64,000 nt of DNA, from positions 14,782-78,781 of the forward strand of contig DHVB01000031.1 in the NCBI GenBank assembly GCA_002412425.1, given 5' to 3'. The translations under genes and the position numbers were made by a program. Below, piece after piece: positions 1 to 9,056 of this stretch (positions are counted from its first letter, which is position 1; the number at the start of each line of letters is the position of its first letter). The notes beneath the pieces are model-generated. The model saw nothing but the letters and a program-made list of their open reading frames with translations. It ran no database searches and had not been told where the DNA came from. This stretch comes from Bacteroidales bacterium UBA5219 (lineage in GTDB: Bacteria; Bacteroidota; Bacteroidia; Bacteroidales; ML635J-15).

Positions 1-1
1 A

Positions 2-382
2 GTAATTTTAGAAACTGGAGAACTTAAAACAATAGAAAATATATTTTTAGCCTCTTTACTTTCTATGGAAGCTGGTGCTGATTTTATAAAAACATCAACT
101 GGAAAAACATCAATATCAGCAACACCCGAAGCTGTTTACACAATGTGTTCGGCAATAAAAACATATTATCTAAAAACTGGTAGAAAAGTAGGAATAAAAC
201 CAAGTGGAGGAATGACAGTTGCAGAAGATGCTCTTTTATACTATTTAATTGTAAATGAAGTACTTGGAGAAGAATGGTTAAATAATAAATTATTTAGAAT
301 AGGTGCTTCAAGATTAGCGAATAATTTATTAAAAGATATTTTGAGCTTTGACAAAAAAACTGATTTTGAAGGATATTTTTAA
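2..382 (+). CDS. deoC: deoxyribose-phosphate aldolase, C-terminal part (5' end upstream of window)
   Basis: Frame is open from the window edge (VILETGELK...). DFIKTSTGK Schiff-base lysine motif and class I aldolase C-terminus. Confidence 0.8.
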   Translation, partial: VILETGELKTIENIFLASLLSMEAGADFIKTSTGKTSISATPEAVYTMCSAIKTYYLKTGRKVGIKPSGGMTVAEDALLYYLIVNEVLGEEWLNNKLFRIGASRLANNLLKDILSFDKKTDFEGYF

Positions 383-383
383 A

Positions 384-1361
384 TTATTTATCTCTCTCAA
401 TCACATAGTCAATTAATTCTTCTAAAGCGTCTCGTGCTGAGCATTTAGGGAATTCATTCAAAATATTTAATGCTCTGTTTCTATAAATCTGCATATCTTG
501 CTCTGCAGATTTTATTCCATTGTTTTTAATTGTTAATTCTATAATATTTTTTCGTATTTCTGCATCATCAAAAGCCTGTTGCCACACAACTTTTAGTTGA
601 TTTCTATTAGATTCAGACATATTTTGAAAAGCTCGAATTAGTGGCAAAGTAATTTTACCTTCTTTAATATCAATTCCTTTTTCTTTTCCAGTTTTTTCAT
701 TCCCTACATAATCAAGAATATCATCTTTAATTTGAAAAATTATACCTAAATTTTCACCAAATTCATGAGCTTTTTCTAATATTATTTCATCTTTCACAGT
801 TGAATAAGCTCCTGCTTTACAACAAGCAGAGAGTAATGACGCAGTTTTATTTTTTATTATTTTAAAATATTTTTCTTCATTAATTTCAAAATTTTTAAAA
901 TTAGAAATCTGTTGTTCTAATTCGCCTAAACTCAGTGCTAAAACAGATGGAGTAATTATATCAAATAACTTATATTCTTGATGTTTAGTTGTTACTTGCA
1001 TTGATTTTGCCAAAAGATAATCGCCAAGTAAAATTGCAGTTTTATTATCCCATTTTTTATTTACACTTACAACACCTCTACGTAAAACTGCCTCATCAAT
1101 AACATCATCGTGAAGTAAAGTAGCAGTATGTATCAATTCTACCAAAAGGGCTGCATCATGACTGGTAGAATTAGTTTCTCCAAACATTCTTGCAAATAAA
1201 TAAACTAAAGCTGGTCTAACTCTTTTACCTTTAATTTTAAAAATAAAATCGAAGAATTCCTTTAAACTCTCATCTTCATCAATAAAAAGCTCATTCAATA
1301 AAACCTCAAAATTTTCAAGGTCTAACTTAATATTTTTTGATATTTCTTTAAAACTCTTCAC
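384..1361 (-). CDS. polyprenyl diphosphate synthase (IspB-like trans-prenyltransferase)
   Basis: Both aspartate-rich motifs are present (LLHDDVIDEA and QIKDDILD). 325 aa is a typical length. Confidence 0.9.
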   Translation of the reverse strand: MKSFKEISKNIKLDLENFEVLLNELFIDEDESLKEFFDFIFKIKGKRVRPALVYLFARMFGETNSTSHDAALLVELIHTATLLHDDVIDEAVLRRGVVSVNKKWDNKTAILLGDYLLAKSMQVTTKHQEYKLFDIITPSVLALSLGELEQQISNFKNFEINEEKYFKIIKNKTASLLSACCKAGAYSTVKDEIILEKAHEFGENLGIIFQIKDDILDYVGNEKTGKEKGIDIKEGKITLPLIRAFQNMSESNRNQLKVVWQQAFDDAEIRKNIIELTIKNNGIKSAEQDMQIYRNRALNILNEFPKCSARDALEELIDYVIERDK

Positions 1362-1626
1362 TATATAATTTCAGACTACAAATATATCTTTTTTTACTTA
1401 TGTTTAAATAAAAAATTTTCTTTCACAAGAATAAAGGCAAAAAAATTGAAAAGAAAGTAAAATAAGATTTTCTTTATTTTACTTTCGATAATTTTCCTAC
1501 AATATATTTTCAAAATAAATATTTTATCTTTTATAGGAATAAAGGCAAAAAAAACGTAACTTAGCATTTTAACGAAAATGAAATAAGGTGTACTATAATA
1601 ATTAAGATCAAAAAAACATAAACAAC

Positions 1627-2493
1627 ATGACACAAAAGCAATCCATACAATTATTTGAAGAAAAAAAAGTCCGTACTGTTTGGGACGAAGAACAAGAAAA
1701 ATGGTATTTTTCAATAGTAGATACCATTGCAATATTAACGGATAGTGTAAATCCAAGAAAATATTGGAGTGTTTTAAAAACTCGATTAAAAAAGGAAGGC
1801 AGCGAGTTGGCTACAAATTGTAGTCAACTGAAAATGCGCTCGTCAGACAACAAGATGTATCTTACCGATGTAGCTGACACAGAGCAACTTTTCCGCTTGA
1901 TTCAATCTATACCTTCACCAAAAGCAGAACCATTCAAATTGTGGATTGCACAAGTAGCACGTGAGCGTTTAGATCAAATGCAAGATCCAGAACTATCAAT
2001 AGAACAAGCAATGACAGATTATAAACGACTTGGCTATTCCGACAACTGGATTAACCAACGTTTAAAAAGCATTGAAATACGCAAAGAACTTACAGATGAA
2101 TGGAAAAAGCGTGGATTACAAGAAGGTGTTCAATTTGCTTCTCTTACTGATATCATCTACAAAACATGGGCGGGAAAAACAGCAAAGGAATATAAAAAAT
2201 TTAAAGGTTTAAAAAAAGAAAATTTAAGAGACAACATGACCAATACAGAGTTAGTATTAAATATGCTGGCAGAATTGTCCACTACACGAATTTCTGAAAC
2301 TACAAACCCTGAAACTATAGAAGAGCACAGCGATGTAGCACGTCAAGGAGGAGAAATAGCCTACAACGCAAGAATTGAATTGGAATCAAAAACAGGAAAA
2401 AAAGTAATTTCTCCGTTAAATGCCAAACAAGGTATTATTACGAACGAAAATAGTCTAAAAAACAACGAAAACATAGAACAAAGCGAAGAATAA
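1627..2493 (+). CDS. Bro-N / DinD-like DNA-binding protein (phage antirepressor-like)
   Basis: N-terminus (VRTVWDEEQEKWYFSIVDTIAILTDS...) is typical of Bro-N. The rest resembles DNA-damage-inducible protein D. It is an accessory gene wedged between ispB-like and coaX. Confidence 0.65.
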   Translation: MTQKQSIQLFEEKKVRTVWDEEQEKWYFSIVDTIAILTDSVNPRKYWSVLKTRLKKEGSELATNCSQLKMRSSDNKMYLTDVADTEQLFRLIQSIPSPKAEPFKLWIAQVARERLDQMQDPELSIEQAMTDYKRLGYSDNWINQRLKSIEIRKELTDEWKKRGLQEGVQFASLTDIIYKTWAGKTAKEYKKFKGLKKENLRDNMTNTELVLNMLAELSTTRISETTNPETIEEHSDVARQGGEIAYNARIELESKTGKKVISPLNAKQGIITNENSLKNNENIEQSEE

Positions 2494-2504
2494 CAATACT
2501 AACT

Positions 2505-2529
2505 GGTTATTCGGAAATTCCGAACAACC
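2505..2529 (+). terminator. stem-loop 12 nt downstream of the Bro-N/DinD-like gene
   Basis: ggttattcgga-aat-tccgaacaacc forms a 10/11-bp stem with a 3-nt loop. There is no clear T-tract. Confidence 0.3.
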
Positions 2530-2644
2530 ACTCAACATGGTGCAATATCAAGTAAAAGCAAATAAAATTTACATTTCTTCTCTTTCTTAACAATCTAAAT
2601 TCAAAACAATTTATTACTTTTGAAATAAAAATAAACAATAAAAT

Positions 2645-3439
2645 ATGTTATTAGCATTTGACATTGGCAACACAAATATTAAAGTTGCAGTATTTGAATC
2701 AGATAAGTTACTACAACAATGGCGTATCAGCAGTGATAGAAGTCGTACTGGAGACGAATATTTTGCACTTATAAATGTTCTATTTAAAGATTATAATTTG
2801 GATATTAAACGTTTTAACAATGCTGTAATAAGTTCTGTAGTGCCACAACTTATAGGAGCTTTTGAGATTGTAACAAAACGTTTGTTAAACAAAGAACCGC
2901 TTATAATAAACCCAGATATTTATCACAAACTGCCTGTAAGCATACCACCTACAGCCGTGTATGAAATAGGTACAGATTTGCTTTGCGATGCAGTACAAGT
3001 TTGGGAAACCTACAAACAAGCTTGTATTGTTGTAGATTTTGGAACAGCTCTATCTTTTGTTGCTGTTGGCGACAAAGCTAATATTTTAGGTATTACCATA
3101 GCTCCAGGCATTGGTACAGCTTTTAAATCTCTGTTTAGCAATACTGCACAACTTCAGTCAGTACCGTTAGAAATTCCAACAACAAGTTTGGGCATTAATA
3201 CCACAATGTGCATCCAAAGCGGAATGATGTTTGGCTATAAAGGATTAGTCGAAGGCATAATAAATCAGATGAAAAAAGATATGCAAAAACAAGAAAATAT
3301 CAATCCACAAAATATCATTACTATAGCTACAGGCGGTTTCAATAATGTACTAACACCTATTACAACAATATTTGATAAATTTGATAAAATGCTCACCCTC
3401 AATGGATTAAATACGGTTACAAAATATGCATTGAAATAA
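2645..3439 (+). CDS. coaX: type III pantothenate kinase
   Basis: N-terminal FDIGNTNIK ASKHA phosphate-1 motif. Length is 264 aa, with VDFGTA and ATGG motifs. Confidence 0.9.
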   Translation: MLLAFDIGNTNIKVAVFESDKLLQQWRISSDRSRTGDEYFALINVLFKDYNLDIKRFNNAVISSVVPQLIGAFEIVTKRLLNKEPLIINPDIYHKLPVSIPPTAVYEIGTDLLCDAVQVWETYKQACIVVDFGTALSFVAVGDKANILGITIAPGIGTAFKSLFSNTAQLQSVPLEIPTTSLGINTTMCIQSGMMFGYKGLVEGIINQMKKDMQKQENINPQNIITIATGGFNNVLTPITTIFDKFDKMLTLNGLNTVTKYALK

Positions 3440-3451
3440 ATAAGTATAAAA

Positions 3452-3805
3452 ATGAGTAATGAAATTTTATTATATCAATCAAATGAACTAACTGAACGTA
3501 TTGAAGTAAGGTTAGAAAATGAAACTGTTTGGCTATCACAACAGCAAATGGCAACTTTGTTTCAACAAACAAAGCAAAACATTAGTTTACATATCAACAA
3601 TTGCTTTCGAGAGAAAGAATTAGATAAAAATTCAACTGTCAAGTATTCCTTGACAGTTCAAATTGAAAGAGTAGAAAATCAAAATATGGTTAGTTCCATT
3701 TTAGAACATACCACTCAACACAGTACTACAAAAGTGAAAATGAATAAAAACTCTGTGCAAAATATTATTAATGCAATTGTGGAAAATCATAAACAAATAA
3801 AATAA
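3452..3805 (+). pseudogene. truncated/mosaic RhuM-family paralogue
   Basis: The first 83 nt match the start of the 6766 gene with 1 mismatch. The last ~57 nt are about 90% identical to its 3' end. The middle is diverged and about 170 codons shorter. Confidence 0.55.
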
Positions 3806-3929
3806 TATTTTAATATTTTACTTTTACACTTGAAAATAAAAACATTCTTCCATAGAAATAAAAGTAAAAAAATGTATTTTAGCATTTTAAAATAAAATCT
3901 AACTCGAAACCAATATATAAATTGAATTT

Positions 3930-4367
3930 ATGGCTAAAATAAATAAATCAAATAAAAATTTGCAAATACGGAATAGCACAGCTGAATATTTAACTTTTGC
4001 TTATCAGTCTCAAGGAGACGGTGTCGAAGTTCGTGTGCAAGATGGAACTATTTGGTTATCGCAAAAAAATATGGCTACGATTTTCGATACTTCGAGTGAT
4101 AATATTGGTTTGCACCTAAAAAATATTTATTCAGAAAAAGAATTATCTGAACAATCAACTATCGAGGATTTCTCGGTAGTTCAAATAGAAGGAAATCGCA
4201 AAGTTCGTAGAATAGTTAAGCATTATAATCTTGATGCAGTTATTTCTGTAGGATATAGAGTTAATTCCAAACGTGCTACAGCTTTCAGACAGTGGGCAAC
4301 AAGCATTTTGCGAAATTTTACCTTACATGAAAATATGAACAATCAGAATTTACAAGAAAATGAATAA
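3930..4367 (+). CDS. RhuM-family protein, N-terminal domain only
   Basis: WLSQKNMATIF...VVQIEGNRKVRR...YNLDAVISVGYRVNSKRATAFRQWAT matches the full RhuM-like protein at 6766. Its stop overlaps the hsdR start (ATGAATAA). Confidence 0.65.
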   Translation: MAKINKSNKNLQIRNSTAEYLTFAYQSQGDGVEVRVQDGTIWLSQKNMATIFDTSSDNIGLHLKNIYSEKELSEQSTIEDFSVVQIEGNRKVRRIVKHYNLDAVISVGYRVNSKRATAFRQWATSILRNFTLHENMNNQNLQENE

Positions 4368-6750
4368 AAAAGATCTAAGCGAAAGGGACATATGCACTAA
4401 ATTGATTATACCTGCTCTTGAAAAAGCTGGATGGGATAAGCAATTGCAAATGTTAGAAGAATTCCCTTTTACCGATGGAAGAATATATGTTAGAGGAAAA
4501 CTCACAAAAAGAGGAGAAAGAAAACGAGCTGATATTATTTTATTCTATAAGCCCAATATTCCTGTTGCTATTATTGAAGCTAAACAAAATAAATATTCGG
4601 TAAGAACTGGAATGCAACAAGCTTTAGAATATGCAAGAATATTAGATATTCCTTGTGTGTTCAGTAGCAATGGAGACGGATTCCTTTTTCACGACAAAAC
4701 AGCAACTGATGAAAATATAGAAAAAGAACTAAGTATAGATGAATTCCCAAGTCCTGATGTGCTTTGGGAAAAATACATGAAATATAAAGGACTAATAACA
4801 CCAACTGCACAAAAAATTGCATCGCAAGCATATTTTATTGATAGTACTGGTCGTACTCCAAGATATTACCAACAAATTGCAATAAATAGAACTGTTGAAG
4901 CAATAGCTAATGGACAAAACAGAATTTTACTTGTAATGGCAACAGGTACAGGTAAAACTTATACTGCCTTTCAAGTAATTTATAGGCTTTGGAGAAGTGG
5001 TGCAAAAAAACGAATTTTATTTTTAGCAGACCGCAATGCACTTATTGACCAAACAAGACGTGGCGATTTTAGACATTTCAAAGATAAAATGACTGTAGTA
5101 AAACACCGCCAAATAGATAAAAGTTTTGAAATATATTTAGCTTTATATCAGGGTCTTTCTGGAAGCGATGAGTCTGCCAATGTTTACAAAGAATTTTCTA
5201 AAGATTTTTTTGACTTAGTTGTAATTGACGAGTGCCATCGTGGAAGTGCAAAAGAAGATAGTGCATGGCGAGAAATTCTCAATTATTTTAAAAATGCTAC
5301 ACATATCGGATTAACAGCCACACCAAAAGAAACTAATGAAGTATCAAATATTGAATATTTCGGCGATCCAATTTATACTTATTCGTTGCGACAAGGTATA
5401 GAAGATGGTTTTCTTGCTCCATACCGTGTTATAAGAGTGGCAATAAATGTAGATGTTGAAGGTTGGCGACCCGAACAAGGCAAATTAGATAAAGATAATA
5501 TCGAAGTAGAAGACCGCATATACAACCGCAAGGATTTTGACCGAAATTTAATCATAGAAGAACGAACCAATGTTGTTGCACAAAAAATAAGTGAATTTTT
5601 GAAAGGCTACGACCGTTTTGCCAAAACTATAGTATTTTGTGTCGATATAGAACACGCTGAGCGAATGAGAACAGCATTGGTAAAACAAAACGCTGATTTA
5701 GTTGCCGAAAATCACAAATATATTATGCAAATTACTGGCGATAACGATGAAGGAAAACGAGAATTAGATAATTTTATTAATCCCGAAGAAAAATATCCTG
5801 TCATTGCTACTACTTCAGAATTGATGACAACGGGTATTGATGCACAAACATGTAAAGTAATTGTGTTAGAAACCAACATAAATTCACCAACAAAGTTTAA
5901 GCAAATTATAGGACGTGGTACAAGAATAAACGAAGAATATGGTAAACAATACTTTACTATTCTCGACTTTAGAAATGCAACGGATTTATTTGCCGATACA
6001 GAGTTTGATGGAGATCCAATACGAATAAAACCTGTTTCCGAAGACATTAACTTAGGTAATATAATTGATGAAGAAGAACAAGATATCAGTCCAATAATTG
6101 ATGAAGAAAGTGGTGAGGAAATAGAATTTACACAAACTGAAATCACCTATCCTGAACATGAGTTTTCACCTCTTGAAGTAAACGAAAGAAAAAAAGTTTA
6201 TGTAAATGGTGTTGACGTTTCGATATTGATTAGCCGTAAATTGTATTTCGATCAGCACGGAAAACCAATAACAACAAGTCTTAAAGACCATACAAGAGAA
6301 ATTATTAAAAATCATTATGCTACGTTAGATGATTTTTTAAATAAATGGAACAAAACTGAGCGAAAAGAAGCAATTATAGCAGAATTGACAGAACAAGGTG
6401 TAATGGTAGATGAACTCTATGATGCTGTTGATAGAGAAGTTGATTTATTTGATTTAATTTGCCACGTTGCTTATGAGCAACCACCACTAACACGAAAAGA
6501 GCGAGCAAACAACGTAAAAAAGAGAAACTATTTTACAAAATATGGTGAACAAGCCCGAAAAGTGTTAGAAGCTTTACTTGACAAATACGCTGACCAAGGA
6601 ATTGAAGATATGGAAAATATTAACATTTTGAATGTTCCACCAATTAATAAAATAGGCTCTGTTACAGAAATTATAAAAGCATTTGGCAATCGCGACAAAT
6701 ACAAAAAAGCTATCAAAGAATTGCAAAACGAATTGTATAAAATAGCATAG
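4360..6750 (+). CDS. hsdR: type I restriction endonuclease subunit R (EcoEI-like C-terminus)
   Basis: N-terminal PD-(D/E)xK (ADIILF...IIEAKQ). SF2 motifs MATGTGKT, DECHR, LTATP and QIIGRGTR. Confidence 0.95.
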   Translation: MNKKDLSERDICTKLIIPALEKAGWDKQLQMLEEFPFTDGRIYVRGKLTKRGERKRADIILFYKPNIPVAIIEAKQNKYSVRTGMQQALEYARILDIPCVFSSNGDGFLFHDKTATDENIEKELSIDEFPSPDVLWEKYMKYKGLITPTAQKIASQAYFIDSTGRTPRYYQQIAINRTVEAIANGQNRILLVMATGTGKTYTAFQVIYRLWRSGAKKRILFLADRNALIDQTRRGDFRHFKDKMTVVKHRQIDKSFEIYLALYQGLSGSDESANVYKEFSKDFFDLVVIDECHRGSAKEDSAWREILNYFKNATHIGLTATPKETNEVSNIEYFGDPIYTYSLRQGIEDGFLAPYRVIRVAINVDVEGWRPEQGKLDKDNIEVEDRIYNRKDFDRNLIIEERTNVVAQKISEFLKGYDRFAKTIVFCVDIEHAERMRTALVKQNADLVAENHKYIMQITGDNDEGKRELDNFINPEEKYPVIATTSELMTTGIDAQTCKVIVLETNINSPTKFKQIIGRGTRINEEYGKQYFTILDFRNATDLFADTEFDGDPIRIKPVSEDINLGNIIDEEEQDISPIIDEESGEEIEFTQTEITYPEHEFSPLEVNERKKVYVNGVDVSILISRKLYFDQHGKPITTSLKDHTREIIKNHYATLDDFLNKWNKTERKEAIIAELTEQGVMVDELYDAVDREVDLFDLICHVAYEQPPLTRKERANNVKKRNYFTKYGEQARKVLEALLDKYADQGIEDMENINILNVPPINKIGSVTEIIKAFGNRDKYKKAIKELQNELYKIA

Positions 6751-6765
6751 AAAAATCAATAGATT

Positions 6766-7632
6766 ATGAGTAACGAAATTTTATTATATCAATCAAATGA
6801 ACTAACTGAACGTATTGAAGTAAGGTTAGAAAATGAAACTGTTTGGCTTAACCGTCAGCAGTTAGCATTGCTTTTTGGAAGAGATATTAAAACTATTGGC
6901 AAGCATATCATTAATGTATTTGCAGAAGGAGAACTTCAAAAAACTTCAACTGTCGCAAATTTTGCGACAGTTCAAATTGAAGGTGGCCGAAAAGTTGAAA
7001 GACAGATAGAATTTTACAATTTAGATGTAATAATTTCAGTAGGTTATCGTGTTAAATCAATGCAAGGTACAAAATTTAGAATTTGGGCTACCAATGTTTT
7101 AAAAGATTATTTATTAAAAGGTTATGCACTTAACCAAAGAATGAATCGCGTTGAAAACACAGTGGAAAAACTTGCTGAAAAAGTAGATGAAATTTCATTC
7201 CAAATAAAAACAAGTGAATTGCCTACACAAGGCGTATTCTTTGATGGACAAGTATTTGATGCTTATGAATTAGCTTCAAAAATTATTCGTTCTGCTAAAA
7301 ACAGTATAGTGCTGATTGACAACTATATAGATGAAACTACATTAACTCATTTGGCAAAGAAAAATAAAAATGTAAAAATATTACTACTGACAAAAAATAT
7401 TAGCAAACAATTACAACTTGATGTACAAAAAGCCAATGCTCAATATGGTAATTTTGAAATAAAAAAATTTACTTTAAGCCATGACCGTTTTATTATCATA
7501 GATAATACAGAAATGTATCATTTAGGAGCATCATTAAAAGATTTAGGTAAAAAATGGTTTGCTTTTACAAAAATGAACAAAAACTATGTACAAAATATTA
7601 TTAATGCAATTGCAGAAAATCATAAATCATGA
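6766..7632 (+). CDS. RhuM-family (virulence protein RhuM-like) protein, full length
   Basis: VQIEGGRKVERQIEFYNLDVIISVGYRVKSMQGTKFRIWAT core. It lies between hsdR and hsdM and overlaps the hsdM start by 4 nt (ATGA). Confidence 0.75.
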   Translation: MSNEILLYQSNELTERIEVRLENETVWLNRQQLALLFGRDIKTIGKHIINVFAEGELQKTSTVANFATVQIEGGRKVERQIEFYNLDVIISVGYRVKSMQGTKFRIWATNVLKDYLLKGYALNQRMNRVENTVEKLAEKVDEISFQIKTSELPTQGVFFDGQVFDAYELASKIIRSAKNSIVLIDNYIDETTLTHLAKKNKNVKILLLTKNISKQLQLDVQKANAQYGNFEIKKFTLSHDRFIIIDNTEMYHLGASLKDLGKKWFAFTKMNKNYVQNIINAIAENHKS

Positions 7633-9053
7633 CTAACATAAGTGGAATAATAAAATCTATTAGGGATATTTTTAGGAAAGACCCTGGCTTAAGTGGTGAT
7701 GCACAACGCATAGAGCAATTGGGCTGGATGATTTTTCTAAAACTTTTTGATGACAAAGACAAAGAAAAGGAATTACTTGATTTGAATTACAAATCGCCTA
7801 TTCATAGAGAATTACAATGGCGCAATTGGGCTGAAGATGACGAAGGTATCACTGGCGATGAACTAATTAACTTTATCAACAACCAACTTTTCCCTACTTT
7901 AAAAGAATTACAAGTTGGCGTTGAAGATAAGTTAGGTATAATCATTAGGCAGATTTTTGAAGGCACCAACAACTATATGAAAAGCGGTACTACCTTTAGA
8001 CAAGCCATAAATAAACTCAACGAAATTGACTTTAACATCAGTAAAGAACATCACTTGTTTAATGCAATTTATGAAGATATTTTACAAGGACTGGCAGCCA
8101 AAAAAGACACTGGAGAATTTTACACGCCAAGAGCTATAACACAATTCATTATTGATATGATAAACCCACAGTTAGGTGAAAAAATATGCGACCCTGCTTG
8201 TGGAACTGCTGGTTTCTTAGTATGTGCAGTCGAACACTTGAAAAAACAGGTAGAGAACATTAACGACCATGAAATTTTACAAAAAACTATAACAGGTACA
8301 GAACTAAAACCACTACCTTTTATGTTGAGTGTAATAAATCTTATTACTCACGATATTGCAATACCAAAAATTGATAACACCGATGCTTTAAGCCGTGAAA
8401 TTACCTCAATAAAACAAAAAGACCGTGTAGATATTATTGTAGCAAACCCACCATTTGGTGGAGTGGTAGGAGACGGCATGGAAACAAATTTCCCGATGAA
8501 TTTCCGTACAAAAGAAAGTGCAGACTTGTTTTTAATACTTTTTATACAAATGTTAAAACAAGGTGGACGTGCTGGAATTGTGCTACCAGACGGAAGTTTA
8601 ACAGGCGATGGTGTAAAACAGCGTATAAGACAAAAATTATTAGAAGATTGCAGTGTACACACTATTGTTAGGTTGCCACAATCGGTCTTTGCACCTTATG
8701 CAACAGTAAACACCAATCTTATTTTCTTTGAAAAAGGCAAAGAAACCAAAGAAATTTGGTATTACGAACATACTCTACCCGAAGGATATAAAGCATACAG
8801 CAAAACAAAACCTATACAACTTTCTGAGTTTGATGAAATAAAAAAATGGTGGAATAACCGCGTTGAAAATGAGCTAGCATGGAAAGTGCCTATTAAAACC
8901 ATTATTGAGCGAGATTACGATTTAGATATTAAAAATCCTAATAAACTTGTGGAAGAAGTGGTATATGATAGAAAAGAAATAATTTCTAACTTAAAATCTT
9001 CACTTACTAAATGCCAAGTTTTATTAGAAGAATTAATTATATCAAAGGATTAG
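7629..9053 (+). CDS. hsdM: type I R-M DNA methyltransferase subunit M
   Basis: Motif I DPACGTAGFL, motif IV VANPPFGG, and an HsdM N-terminal domain. Confidence 0.95.
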   Translation: MTNISGIIKSIRDIFRKDPGLSGDAQRIEQLGWMIFLKLFDDKDKEKELLDLNYKSPIHRELQWRNWAEDDEGITGDELINFINNQLFPTLKELQVGVEDKLGIIIRQIFEGTNNYMKSGTTFRQAINKLNEIDFNISKEHHLFNAIYEDILQGLAAKKDTGEFYTPRAITQFIIDMINPQLGEKICDPACGTAGFLVCAVEHLKKQVENINDHEILQKTITGTELKPLPFMLSVINLITHDIAIPKIDNTDALSREITSIKQKDRVDIIVANPPFGGVVGDGMETNFPMNFRTKESADLFLILFIQMLKQGGRAGIVLPDGSLTGDGVKQRIRQKLLEDCSVHTIVRLPQSVFAPYATVNTNLIFFEKGKETKEIWYYEHTLPEGYKAYSKTKPIQLSEFDEIKKWWNNRVENELAWKVPIKTIIERDYDLDIKNPNKLVEEVVYDRKEIISNLKSSLTKCQVLLEELIISKD

Positions 9054-9056
9054 AAT

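Noticed and set aside
1394-1756. 120-aa minus-strand ORF
   Set aside because: It is a low-complexity Phe/Ile/Leu-rich translation of an AT-rich intergenic region. It overlaps the start of the better-supported Bro-N-like gene and has no motifs.
5379-6759. Antisense ORFs inside hsdR (5379..5570, 5712..6146, 6528..6716, 6574..6759)
   Set aside because: These are shadow ORFs on the strand opposite a strongly supported gene, with Ser/Ile-rich low-complexity translations. The same reasoning applies to 8348..8662, 10307..10498, 35230..35720, 36172..36393, 37079..37270, 41295..41519, 42495..43002 and 43657..43896.
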